A stretch of 64,000 nt of DNA, taken from NCBI RefSeq assembly GCF_049554935.1, contig NZ_CP186926.1:352001-416000 (forward strand), written 5' to 3'. The notes under the pieces were generated by a model. That model was not told where the DNA came from and did not search any database. It was given only the letters and a program-made list of their open reading frames with translations. This document shows positions 1 through 12,096 of this stretch, piece by piece. Both the position numbers and the translations under genes were made by a program. Every line of letters begins with the position of its first letter. Positions within the stretch are counted from its first letter, which is position 1. Origin of the DNA: Methanocaldococcus indicus. Its GTDB lineage: Archaea > AGJL01 > Methanococci > Methanococcales > Methanocaldococcaceae.

Positions 1-126
1 TTGGGAATATTCCATGGAGCTGTTTTAGGAGGAATGTTTATATTCTCATTAATATTCTCTATAATCTTTGGAGCTATCTTAGGGGCTATTGGTGGAGTAT
101 TGTATGCCTTTATTAAGTCAAGATAA
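1..126 (+). CDS. 3' end of a small membrane protein (DUF5518-like), truncated by the window edge
   Basis: Frame 1 open from base 1: LGIFHGAVLGGMFIFSLIFSIIFGAILGAIGGVLYAFIKSR then TAA at 124-126; Gly-rich hydrophobic helices. Confidence 0.6.
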   Translation: MGIFHGAVLGGMFIFSLIFSIIFGAILGAIGGVLYAFIKSR

Positions 127-586
127 TCTACATAAGTCATATATTATTTTTTTAGTATTCTATCTTTTATTTTATATTGGAATATTTTTAGCTCCTTTTA
201 TGATGAATATTAACCCAGATATTGGATTGTTGATATATGCAATATACAAACCAATATGCCATCAACTCCCTGAAAGAAGTTTTTTTATATTTGGACATAA
301 AATGGCTGTATGTGCAAGATGTTTTGGTATATATACAGGAGTACTATTTTCTTCAATAGTTTATCCTATTGTTAAGAGGTTAGATGATTTCAATATTCCT
401 GATAAAAAGTATCTTATTCTCTCTTTACTACCTATGGCAATAGATGGAGGAACTCAACTAATTGGTCTAAGAGAAAGCTTTAATATTTTAAGATTTATAA
501 CTGGGTTTTTAGCAGGCTCAGTTGTAGTATTTTATATATATCCAATTTTTTTAAAGATATTAAATAAAAAAATAATGAGGAAATAG
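89..586 (+). CDS. DUF2085-family membrane protein
   Basis: CHQLPERSF...CARCFGIY and DGGTQ motifs with several TM segments; true start may be slightly downstream. Confidence 0.8.
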   Translation: MVEYCMPLLSQDNLHKSYIIFLVFYLLFYIGIFLAPFMMNINPDIGLLIYAIYKPICHQLPERSFFIFGHKMAVCARCFGIYTGVLFSSIVYPIVKRLDDFNIPDKKYLILSLLPMAIDGGTQLIGLRESFNILRFITGFLAGSVVVFYIYPIFLKILNKKIMRK

Positions 587-587
587 C

Positions 588-1502
588 ATGATTTTAGTTA
601 CTGGTGGTGCTGGATTTATTGGGAGTCATATAGTTGATTTATTAGTTGAAGAAGGTTATGATGTTGTTATTATAGATAATCTAAAAACAGGAAATAAAAA
701 TAACATAAACCCAAAGGCAGAATTTGTAAATGTAGATATAAGAGATAAAAATTTAGACAAAAAAATTAATTTTAAAGATATTGATACAATTATTCATCAA
801 GCTGCTCAAATAAATGTAAGGAACTCAGTTGAAAATCCTATTTATGATGGGGATGTAAATATTTTGGGTACTTTAAATTTGTTAGAGAATATGAGAAAGT
901 ATGATATAGATAAAATAATTTATTCTTCTTCAGTTGCAATTTATGGAGACATTAAATATCTTCCAGTTGATGAAAATCATCCTATAAATCCACTATCTCC
1001 TTATGGATTAAGCAAGTATGTTGGTGAAGAGTATATTAAATTATATAATAGATTATATGGAATTGAATATGCTATTTTAAGATACTCTAATGTATATGGG
1101 AAAAGGCAAGACCCAAAAGGAGAGGCAGGAGTTATATCTATCTTTATTGAAAAAATGTTAAAAAATGAGAGTCCTACAATCTTTGGAGATGGAAACCAAA
1201 CAAGGGATTTTGTTTATGTGAAAGATGTTGCAAGAGCAAATTTATTAGCATTAGATTGGAAAAATGAAACTGTCAATATAGGAACTGGAAAAGAGACATC
1301 AATAAATGAGTTATTTAAAATTATTGCTAATGAATTAAATTTTAAAAAAAGTCCTATCTATGATAAACCAAGAGAAGGAGAAGTTTATAGAATATATTTA
1401 AATATTGAAAAAGCTAAAAAATTGAACTGGGAGCCAGAAACTACACTAAATGAAGGGATTAAAAAAGTCATAGATTGGTTTAAATGCAAATATTTAAAAT
1501 AA
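588..1502 (+). CDS. galE: UDP-glucose 4-epimerase / NAD-dependent epimerase
   Basis: TGGAGFIGSH NAD-binding motif, YGLSK catalytic motif, GDGNQTRDFVYV. Confidence 0.85.
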   Translation: MILVTGGAGFIGSHIVDLLVEEGYDVVIIDNLKTGNKNNINPKAEFVNVDIRDKNLDKKINFKDIDTIIHQAAQINVRNSVENPIYDGDVNILGTLNLLENMRKYDIDKIIYSSSVAIYGDIKYLPVDENHPINPLSPYGLSKYVGEEYIKLYNRLYGIEYAILRYSNVYGKRQDPKGEAGVISIFIEKMLKNESPTIFGDGNQTRDFVYVKDVARANLLALDWKNETVNIGTGKETSINELFKIIANELNFKKSPIYDKPREGEVYRIYLNIEKAKKLNWEPETTLNEGIKKVIDWFKCKYLK

Positions 1503-1633
1503 TGGATTATAGAAAAGTTTATATACAAGTTATACATATTTTATAGGATGCATTTCCATAATAAATATTTAATGAAATAATGTTCATAATATATCTACTA
1601 TTTTTGCTCTTTTTATAACTATTTTGTTGAGGG

Positions 1634-1876
1634 ATGATATTGAAAGTTACAGAACATATCTTAGTTCCTAAACATGAAATAGTTCCAAAAGAAGAAGTAG
1701 AAGAGATTTTAAAGAAGTTTAATATTAAACTACAACAACTACCTAAGATATTTGAAGATGACCCTGTAATAAAGGAAATTGGGGCTAAGGAAGGAGATGT
1801 TATTAGAATTATAAGAAAAAGTCCAACTGCTGGAGAGTTTGTAGCTTATAGATTAGTTATAAAAAGAATTATCTAA
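1634..1876 (+). CDS. rpoH: RNA polymerase subunit H (Rpo5)
   Basis: HILVPKHEI...LPKIFEDDP...RKSPTAG; first gene of the rpo operon. Confidence 0.97.
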   Translation: MILKVTEHILVPKHEIVPKEEVEEILKKFNIKLQQLPKIFEDDPVIKEIGAKEGDVIRIIRKSPTAGEFVAYRLVIKRII

Positions 1877-1894
1877 AAATTTTGGTGGATATCC

Positions 1895-3385
1895 ATGAAA
1901 AGTTTAGTTAAAAGCTATTTTGATAACCATAAATTGAATGAGCACCAAATAGAGTCATATAATGATTTTATTGAGAATAGATTACAAAAAATAATTAATG
2001 AATTTGGATATATAGATACTGATATAAAGAACTATAAGATTAAATTAGGTAAAATTAGGGTTGGACAGCCAATAATTAAAGAAGCTGATGGTTCAGTTAG
2101 AAAAATAACTCCTATGGAGGCAAGAATTAGAGATTTAACATATTCAGCTCCAATATATTTAGAATTAATTGGAATTGAAGAAGAGAACGGAGAAGAGAAA
2201 GTTATTGAGACAATTGAGGTTTATATTGGGGAGCTACCTGTTATGTTAGGTTCTAAAATTTGCATACTACATGGAAAATCTGAAGAGGAGTTAATAGAAT
2301 TAGGAGAAGACCCAAAAGACCCATTTGGCTATTTTATAATAAATGGAACTGAAAGAGTTCTAATAACTCAGGAAGATTTAATACCAAATAGAATAATTTG
2401 TGAATTTACAGAAAAGAATAATAAAGAAATTGCATTATCAAAAGTATTCTCTGTTAGACATGGATTTAGAGCTTTATGTACTGTTGAAAGACATCCAGAT
2501 GGATTGTTGTATGTAACTGGTCCAGGATTATCTGGAAATGTCCCATTGGTTGTAGTAATGAGAGCACTTGGAGCTGAAACAGATAAAGATATTATTGAAG
2601 CTGTAAATGACCCAAGATTTGCAGTTGAAATATTATTAAATATCCAAGAGATTAGAGAAGAGTTTGGAGTAAATACTCAAGAAGATGCATTAGAATATAT
2701 TGGTAAAAGAATAGCTCCAAATCAATCAAAAGAATACAGAATAAGAAAAGCTAAGAGTGTATTAATGAATAACTTCTTACCTCACTTAGGTGTTAGAGAA
2801 GAAGATTTTATTAAGAAAATTAAGTTCCTTGGAATAATGACAAGAAACACATTAGAGTTGTATTTTGGATATAGAGGGGAAGATGACAAAGACCATTATG
2901 CATTTAAGAGAGCTAAATTAGCAGGAGATTTATTAGAGGAGTTATTTAGAAGTGCATTTTCCCAATTAACTAAGGATATAAAATATCAGCTAAGTAAGCA
3001 AACACTAAGAAATAAAAAACCATCTATAAAAGCAGCTGTAAGAAGTGACATAATAACTGATAGAATTAAGCATGCAATGGCTACTGGAACATGGGTAACT
3101 GGAAAGACTGGAGTTAGTCAGTTGTTAGATAGAACAAGTTATTTGGCTACAAACTCTCAATTAAGAAGAATTGTCTCACCACTTTCAAGAAGTCAGCCAC
3201 ACTTTGAAGCAAGAGAACTACATGGAACTCACTGGGGAAAAATATGTCCATCTGAAACTCCAGAAGGACAAAATTGTGGATTAGTTAAGAACTTTGCACT
3301 GATGGCTAAAATCACAAGAGATGAAGATGATAATGTTGTTATAGAATTCTTAAAGAAATTTGGAATTAAAGAATTTAATATTTAA
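1895..3385 (+). CDS. rpoB2: RNA polymerase subunit B'' (Rpo2N)
   Basis: GYFIINGTERV, HGTHWGKICPSETPEGQNCGLVKN. Confidence 0.97.
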   Translation: MKSLVKSYFDNHKLNEHQIESYNDFIENRLQKIINEFGYIDTDIKNYKIKLGKIRVGQPIIKEADGSVRKITPMEARIRDLTYSAPIYLELIGIEEENGEEKVIETIEVYIGELPVMLGSKICILHGKSEEELIELGEDPKDPFGYFIINGTERVLITQEDLIPNRIICEFTEKNNKEIALSKVFSVRHGFRALCTVERHPDGLLYVTGPGLSGNVPLVVVMRALGAETDKDIIEAVNDPRFAVEILLNIQEIREEFGVNTQEDALEYIGKRIAPNQSKEYRIRKAKSVLMNNFLPHLGVREEDFIKKIKFLGIMTRNTLELYFGYRGEDDKDHYAFKRAKLAGDLLEELFRSAFSQLTKDIKYQLSKQTLRNKKPSIKAAVRSDIITDRIKHAMATGTWVTGKTGVSQLLDRTSYLATNSQLRRIVSPLSRSQPHFEARELHGTHWGKICPSETPEGQNCGLVKNFALMAKITRDEDDNVVIEFLKKFGIKEFNI

Positions 3386-3408
3386 ATTAAATATTTAAAG
3401 GGATTATT

Positions 3409-5270
<1,862 letters not shown>

Positions 5271-5274
<4 letters not shown>

Positions 5275-7958
5275 TTCTTGAAAATTTAAAAAAATATGCA
5301 GTCAATAAAGAACTAAAAGAGATTACCTTTGGACTGTTATCTCCAGAGTATATTAGAAAAATGTCAGTAGCAAAAATTGTAACAGCAGACACTTATGATG
5401 AAGATGGTTATCCTATTGAAGGAGGTTTAATGGATTTAAGGTTAGGAGTTATAGACCCTGGATTAGTTTGTAAGACATGTGGAGGAAGAGTTGGAGAATG
5501 TCCTGGACATTTTGGACATATTGAATTAGCTAAGCCAGTTATTCATGTTGGATATGCAAAAACTATTTACAAAATTTTAAAAGCTGTATGTCCATACTGT
5601 GGAAGAGTAACACTTCCAGAAACAAAGAGAAAAGAGTTCTTAGAAAAGATGGAGTTATTAGAGACAGAAGGAGGTAACAAGTGGGAAATTTGTGAAGAAA
5701 TATTTAAAGAAGCTGCAAAAATTGCAATTTGTCCATACTGTGGAGAGGTAAAGTTTGATGTAAAATTTGAGAGACCATATACATACTATAAAATTGAGGA
5801 AAATGAACAAAAGAAATTAACTCCTGAGGATGTAAGAGAAATTTTAGAAAAAATTCCTGATGAAGATTGTCCTTTAATTGGGATTAATCCAAAAACAACA
5901 CGTCCAGAGTGGATGGTTTTAACAGTTCTTCCTGTTCCTCCTGTAACTATGAGACCCTCTATTATCTTAGAAACAGGAGAAAGAAGTGAAGATGATTTAA
6001 CACACAAATTAGTAGATATTATAAGAACTAACAATAAAGTAGAGATGTGTATTGAGACAGGTTCTCCAAATGTAATTTTAGATGACCAGTGGGACCTCTT
6101 ACAGTATCATGTTGCTACATACTTTGATAATGAACTATCAGGAATGCCACCAGCTAAACATAGAAGTGGAAGACCTCTAAAAACTTTGGCACAAAGATTA
6201 AAAGGTAAAGAGGGAAGATTTAGATATAACTTAGCTGGAAAAAGAGTTAATTTCTCTGCAAGAACTGTTATATCCCCAGACCCATGTTTAAGTATAAATG
6301 AAGTTGGAGTTCCAGAGGAGATAGCCAAAGAATTAACTGTTCCAGAAAAAGTAACAAAATACAATATAGAAAAAATTAGACAACTAATATTAAATGGCCC
6401 TCATAAACATCCAGGTGCAAACTATATAATTGTTAAAAAGAGAGGTAGAGATGGCTCATACAGTGAATATAAGATTAAATTAGAAAATGAAAATATAAGA
6501 AAATACTGGGCAGAGAATATAAAAGAGGGGGATATAGTAGAGAGACATTTAATGGATGGAGATATAGTATTATACAATAGACAGCCATCATTACACAGAA
6601 TGTCTATAATGGGTCATAGAGTTAGAGTTCTGCCATATAGAACATTTAGGCATAATTTATGTGTTTGCCCACCCTACAACGCGGACTTTGACGGAGATGA
6701 AATGAATTTACACGTTCCACAAACAGAGGAAGCAAGAGCAGAAGCAGAATCTTTAATGTTAGTTGAAAAACACATTCTTTCTCCAAGATATGGAGGTCCA
6801 ATAATTGGGGCAATTCATGACCACATTTCAGGAGCATATATACTAACATCAAAATACTTCACAAAGGATGAAGCAACCTTAATTTTAAGAGCTGGAAATA
6901 TCAAAGATGAATTAGAAGAACCAGATAAAGTAGAGAATGGAGTTGAACTATATTCTGGAAAAAGATTATTTAGCAAAGCACTACCAAAAGGACTAAATAT
7001 AAGATTTAAGGCAAGAATTTGTAGAAAATGTAAAGAATGTAAGAAAGAAGAATGTGAATATGATGCCTATGTTGTCATTAAAGATGGTGAGTTAATAAAA
7101 GGAGTTATTGATAAGAGTGGTTATGGAGCAGAGTCAGGGATATTACTACATGCTATTGTTAAAGAATTTGGATATGAAGCAGGAAGAAGGTTTTTAGATT
7201 CTGTAACTAAGATGGTTATAAGAACTTTAATGTTAAGAGGATTCTCTACTGGTATAGATGATGAAGACGTACCTAAAGAGGCATTAGAGGAGATAGAGAA
7301 AGTTTTAGATGAAGCTGAGAAAAAAGTAGAAGAAATTATTGAGAAATACAAAAGAGGGGAATTAGAACTTCTCCCAGGACAGGACTTAGAGCAATCAAGA
7401 GAGACATATATTAAAAACATTTTAAGAGAAGCAAGGGATAAAGCAGGGGAGATAGCAGAGAGATATTTAGGAATGGATAACCAAGCTGTTATTATGGCAA
7501 GAACTGGGGCAAGAGGTAACATATTAAACTTAACACAAATGGCTGCATGTGTTGGACAGCAATCTGTTAGAGGAGAAAGAATATTTAGAGGTTATAGAGA
7601 TAGAGTTTTACCACACTTTGAAAAAGGTGATTTAGGAGCAAGAGCTCATGGATTTGTTAGAAGTAGTTATAAAAAAGGATTATCTCCAACAGAATTCTTC
7701 TTCCATGCTATTGGAGGTAGAGAAGGATTAGTTGACCAAGCAGTTAGAACTGCTCAATCTGGATATATGCAAAGAAGATTAATTAATGCACTTCAAGATT
7801 TAAAGACAGAGTTTGATGGAACTGTTAGAGATTCAAGAGGAGTTATGATTCAATTTAAATATGGAGAAGATGGAGTAGACCCAATGCTCACAGATAGAGG
7901 AAAAACAGTAGATATAGATAGAATCATAGACAAAATTAAAATGAAATACTCCAACTAA
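5271..7958 (+). CDS. rpoA1: RNA polymerase subunit A' (Rpo1N), no intein
   Basis: Uninterrupted [18 protein letters not shown] catalytic motif; [10 protein letters not shown]. Confidence 0.97.
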
Positions 7959-8041
7959 ATTTCTTAATTTTTCTAAATCTTTTTTAAAATTTTAAAATTA
8001 AAAATAACTAATTAACATAAATAATATAGAAAGTGATAATC

Positions 8042-10174
8042 ATGGATTTAAAAGAAAGAATAGAACAACTACCAATCCCAAAAAAGTTAAGAGAAGAGTT
8101 ATATGAAAAATTAAGTAAAGAAAAAGATTTAACTGATGAGATGATAGAAGAGATAATAAATGAAGTAGTTAATAGATACTATAATGCTTTAATTGAACCA
8201 TATGAAGCTGTTGGAATTGTTGCTGCTCAATCTATTGGAGAGCCAGGTACTCAGATGTCTCTACCTTATGAAGAAAAGATAATTATTAAAGAAGGAGATT
8301 ATATAAAAGCTGTTGAAATTGGTAAGTTAGTTGATGAAATGATTGAAAAATATGGTTTTGAGAAAATAGGAAATAGTGAAGTTTGTGACTTGCCTATTGA
8401 TATCTATGCTTTAAGCTTAGACCAAGATGAAAAAGTACATTGGAAAAGAATTATTAGTTGTATTAGACATAAACACAATGGAAAATTAATAGAGATTAAA
8501 ACAAAATCAGGTAGAAGAATAGTAGCTACTCCATACCATTCATTTGTTGTTAGAAAAAACAATATAATAGTCCCTGTTAAAGGAGAAGAGTTAAGAGTCG
8601 GGGATAGATTACCAGTTGTAAGATATGTTCCTGCTAACTGTGTTGAATATGTGGGAGATATAAAACTTAACTATGATGTTGGTTATAACAACAAATTTGA
8701 AAATATTGAAGAATTTATTTTAGGGGCAAATAAAGAGTTTGTAAAAGGATTTTTAGATAAAATTAAGAAAGATAAAATTGTTGGAAATAAAGAATATATA
8801 AATTTAATAGCCTTACTATTTTCAAGATTTGGAATATACACAATTAAGAAAAAAATTAAAGATAAATATATTCTATTAGTTGAAGATTATGATAACACCT
8901 ATGTTCCATCTATTGGAGATAGTTTCTTAAATTTAGGAAAGTTAGTAGGATATCCAGAAGTAATATTAAATTATTACACTAAAAAACAAAAAATTAAAAG
9001 AAAAGTTTTGAGAAGACATTTAAAAAGATTTGAAGAGTTGGCTAAAATAAAAGGAGTTGATATATTTAAATTAAATGATTATTGGTTGTTAAAGAAGGCA
9101 GTTGATAGTGATGTTGTTTGGGATAAAATAGTTGAAATAAACTATATAGATTATAATAAAAAATATGTCTATGATATAAGTGTTGAAGGGTTAGAGACAT
9201 TTACAACCTTTGAGGGAATATTGACACACAACACAATGAGAACCTTCCACTATGCTGGGGTTGCTGAGTTAAACGTTACATTAGGTTTGCCGAGAATGAT
9301 TGAGATAGTAGATGCAAGAAAAGAGCCATCAACACCAATAATGAAAATCTTCTTAATGGAACCTGAGAATAAAGAATTAGCTGAAAGAATAGCTAAGGAA
9401 ATAGAAAGTTTAACATTAGAAAATGTCTCTAAAAATATTGGTATTGATTTATGGAAAGAAGCTATAAAAGTTGAATTAGATGAGAAAATCTTGGAAGATA
9501 GAGATTTAACTGTTGATGAAATTGTTGAAGCTATTAGAAAAAAAGTTAAAGTTAGAATAGATATTGAAGGTTACACATTATATTTAAGAATTAAAACACC
9601 TTCTATAAAAGCATTAAGAAAGAGAATTCCTAAAATTAAGTCAATACATTTAAAAGGAATTCCAGGAATTAAGAGAGTTCTTGTTAAAAAGGAAAATATT
9701 GATGGAAAGGAAGAGTATGTTCTATATACACAAGGTTCTAACTTAAAAGAGGTTTTAGAAATTGAAGGAGTTGATTATAGAAGAACTACAACTAACAATA
9801 TAATTGAGATTCAAGAAGTTTTAGGAATAGAAGCTGCAAGAAATGCAATAATAAATGAGATGAAATCAACATTAGAAAATCAGGGGCTTGAAGTAGATAT
9901 AAGACATTTAATGTTAGTTGCTGACATGATGACAGCTGATGGAGAAGTTAAACCTATTGGAAGACATGGAGTTGCAGGAGAAAAAGGTTCTGTATTAGCA
10001 AGAGCTGCATTTGAAGAAACTGTTAAACACCTATATTCAGCTGCTGAAAAAGGAGAAGTTGATAAATTAAAAGGAGTTATTGAGAATGTTATAGTTGGAA
10101 AACCTATATTCTTAGGAACTGGTTGTGTTGAGTTGTTAATTGATAAAGAGTATGAAGAAGGTAAAAAAGAATAA
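8042..10174 (+). CDS. rpoA2: RNA polymerase subunit A'' (Rpo1C), intein-containing
   Basis: AAQSIGEPGTQM / TMRTFHYAG split by an insert; LARAAFEET; ATG at 8042 chosen over GTG at 8033. Confidence 0.96.
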   Translation: MDLKERIEQLPIPKKLREELYEKLSKEKDLTDEMIEEIINEVVNRYYNALIEPYEAVGIVAAQSIGEPGTQMSLPYEEKIIIKEGDYIKAVEIGKLVDEMIEKYGFEKIGNSEVCDLPIDIYALSLDQDEKVHWKRIISCIRHKHNGKLIEIKTKSGRRIVATPYHSFVVRKNNIIVPVKGEELRVGDRLPVVRYVPANCVEYVGDIKLNYDVGYNNKFENIEEFILGANKEFVKGFLDKIKKDKIVGNKEYINLIALLFSRFGIYTIKKKIKDKYILLVEDYDNTYVPSIGDSFLNLGKLVGYPEVILNYYTKKQKIKRKVLRRHLKRFEELAKIKGVDIFKLNDYWLLKKAVDSDVVWDKIVEINYIDYNKKYVYDISVEGLETFTTFEGILTHNTMRTFHYAGVAELNVTLGLPRMIEIVDARKEPSTPIMKIFLMEPENKELAERIAKEIESLTLENVSKNIGIDLWKEAIKVELDEKILEDRDLTVDEIVEAIRKKVKVRIDIEGYTLYLRIKTPSIKALRKRIPKIKSIHLKGIPGIKRVLVKKENIDGKEEYVLYTQGSNLKEVLEIEGVDYRRTTTNNIIEIQEVLGIEAARNAIINEMKSTLENQGLEVDIRHLMLVADMMTADGEVKPIGRHGVAGEKGSVLARAAFEETVKHLYSAAEKGEVDKLKGVIENVIVGKPIFLGTGCVELLIDKEYEEGKKE
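8258..9232 (+). mobile_element. Intein (325 aa) in RpoA''
   Basis: Starts SLPYEE, block B ATPYHSF, ends VYDISVEGLETF...THN followed by Thr; removal restores GTQM-TMRTFH. Confidence 0.93.
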
Positions 10175-10175
10175 T

Positions 10176-10238
10176 AGGGCTCAGTTGCGGGAGTAGTCAT
10201 CATTAAATATCAGATAGCGAAATTATCATCATTGCCCT
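10176..10238 (-). ncRNA. Box C/D methylation guide sRNA
   Basis: Minus strand: AGGGC-A-ATGATGA(C)-TAATTTCGCTAT-CTGA(D')-TATTTA-ATGATGA(C')-CTACTCCCGCAA-CTGA(D)-GCCCT; all four boxes, two 12-nt guides, 5-bp terminal stem. Confidence 0.92.
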
Positions 10239-10262
10239 TTATTATTTTTTCTGAGGATTTTT

Positions 10263-10820
10263 ATGCTAACTATTTATATAATTGGAATTTGTATTGTTAT
10301 TTATATACTAAAATTATTTTTTCCACAGATTTTTATTTACTTAGCTTTTTGGCCACAATTATTTATTAAATATCCTTGGCAAATAATAACAAGTATTTTT
10401 GTTCATTCAACTATAACCCATCTATTATTTAATATGTTTGTCTTGTTTATTTTTGGTTTATCTCTTGAAAGATTAATTGGTAGTAAAAGATTTTTATTTT
10501 TATTTTTAGCATCTGGGATTTTTGGAAATATTGCATATCTATTTTATTCTATACTTACAAATTCTTATTTTCCTGTTGTTGGAGCATCAGGTGCAATTTA
10601 TGGAATTTTAGGAACATTAGCTATTTTAAAACCAGATATGAAAGTTGTTATCTTCCCTCTACCAGTTCCTATATGTATTAGATGGGTAATTTTAATATTG
10701 ACATTAATTGATATAATTCTGTTACCATATTCAGAGAAGGATAGAATAGCTCATGTATCTCATTTATCAGGTTTATTGTTTGGAGTAGCTTATGGATATT
10801 ATTTAAAAAATAAGTTTTGA
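10263..10820 (+). CDS. Rhomboid family intramembrane serine protease
   Basis: HLLFNM, GASGAIYG catalytic Ser, AHVSHLSG catalytic His. Confidence 0.92.
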   Translation: MLTIYIIGICIVIYILKLFFPQIFIYLAFWPQLFIKYPWQIITSIFVHSTITHLLFNMFVLFIFGLSLERLIGSKRFLFLFLASGIFGNIAYLFYSILTNSYFPVVGASGAIYGILGTLAILKPDMKVVIFPLPVPICIRWVILILTLIDIILLPYSEKDRIAHVSHLSGLLFGVAYGYYLKNKF

Positions 10821-10827
10821 TAGATAT

Positions 10828-11088
10828 TTATTTATTTTTTAGTTCTTTACATATTTTTTTTAAGAGTTCTAATTTATTCCCCTGATAATCTATCTCTACA
10901 CAACCACAAACATCCCAGTGTTGTCTTGGATACCTTTTATCTCTATAAATCTTCACATTAAATCCCATTCTCTCCAAAGCTTTTGCTATTTTATCTACTC
11001 TTGGATTTTTTATGGCTAAATTTTTTGGAACTTTTCTTCCTTCTTTTCTTGATTTTTCTTTATCTATATATGCTGGCCAAATAATCAT
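10828..11088 (-). CDS. srp19: Signal recognition particle protein SRP19
   Basis: IIWPAYID...SRKEGRKVP...YPR. Confidence 0.93.
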   Translation of the reverse strand: MIIWPAYIDKEKSRKEGRKVPKNLAIKNPRVDKIAKALERMGFNVKIYRDKRYPRQHWDVCGCVEIDYQGNKLELLKKICKELKNK

Positions 11089-12054
11089 TCAAATCCACCC
11101 TGCTTTTTTAAATATATATCCAATTGTTAATAAAAACAAAATCATAATTGAAAAAATTATCCAGAAACCTTCTGGTGAATTTATTAAAGGCATATATTGA
11201 AAGTTCATTCCAAATATTCCAGTTATCCACATAGGAACAGCAAAAACAGTAGTAACCATAGTTAGTATTTTCATTATTTGATTCATTTTTATATTTTCTA
11301 ATGATATTGCAGTATCCATCATTGATGTTAAAAATTCTCTAAATGTAGATGTCATATCTATTAGTTGGAGAGTGTCATAATAGAGTTCTTCAAAATTTTC
11401 TTTATCTTCTTTTGTAATTATTGGTAAATACTTTCTTTTTAATAGTAAGAGGACATCTCTATTACCAATTAAAGATTTGTGGAAATAAATCAAAGTTTTT
11501 CTTAATTCTAAAATTTCCTCTATTATAGCTTTATCAAATCCTTCCAAAATTTTGTCTTCTAATATTTCTAATCTATCTTCAAACTCTAACAAAATTCTTG
11601 AGTAGCTTCTTGTTATCTCACTTAATATAACATATAAAAAATGTCCTACATTTTTAAAAATAGATTTTGGTTTTTTTTCTAATATTATATTTACAATTCT
11701 ATCAATAGATTTAATTTTGTTTTTATGGATAGTTATAACGATATTATCTTTTAAAAAAATTCCTAATGATGTTGTTGATATTTCTTCCTCATCTTCAAAC
11801 AATGGAGTTTTATAAACAACTAAATAGAAATCTTCATTTTCCTCTACTCTTGGAACTTCTTGTTCATCTAAAACATCTATAAAATCTGAAACAGGAATAT
11901 TTATTTTTTTAGACATTTTTATTAGTTCTTCATTCTTGGGATTATAACAATCCATCCATATTAACTTATATTTTGAAAAATCATCATTTAAGTCAATTTC
12001 AATAACATTATCTATATCATCTATCCCCAAAACTTTAATCATACTTTTACCCAA
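11089..12054 (-). CDS. corA: Mg2+/Co2+ transporter CorA
   Basis: GMN signature (FGMNF) and two C-terminal TM helices. Confidence 0.93.
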   Translation of the reverse strand: MGKSMIKVLGIDDIDNVIEIDLNDDFSKYKLIWMDCYNPKNEELIKMSKKINIPVSDFIDVLDEQEVPRVEENEDFYLVVYKTPLFEDEEEISTTSLGIFLKDNIVITIHKNKIKSIDRIVNIILEKKPKSIFKNVGHFLYVILSEITRSYSRILLEFEDRLEILEDKILEGFDKAIIEEILELRKTLIYFHKSLIGNRDVLLLLKRKYLPIITKEDKENFEELYYDTLQLIDMTSTFREFLTSMMDTAISLENIKMNQIMKILTMVTTVFAVPMWITGIFGMNFQYMPLINSPEGFWIIFSIMILFLLTIGYIFKKAGWI

Positions 12055-12096
12055 TATTTATTTAGACTATTCATATATTGCCTATTATGGATATTT

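Noticed and set aside
9880-10203. 107-aa minus-strand ORF
   Set aside because: Shadow of rpoA''; its ATG is the C' box of the C/D sRNA.
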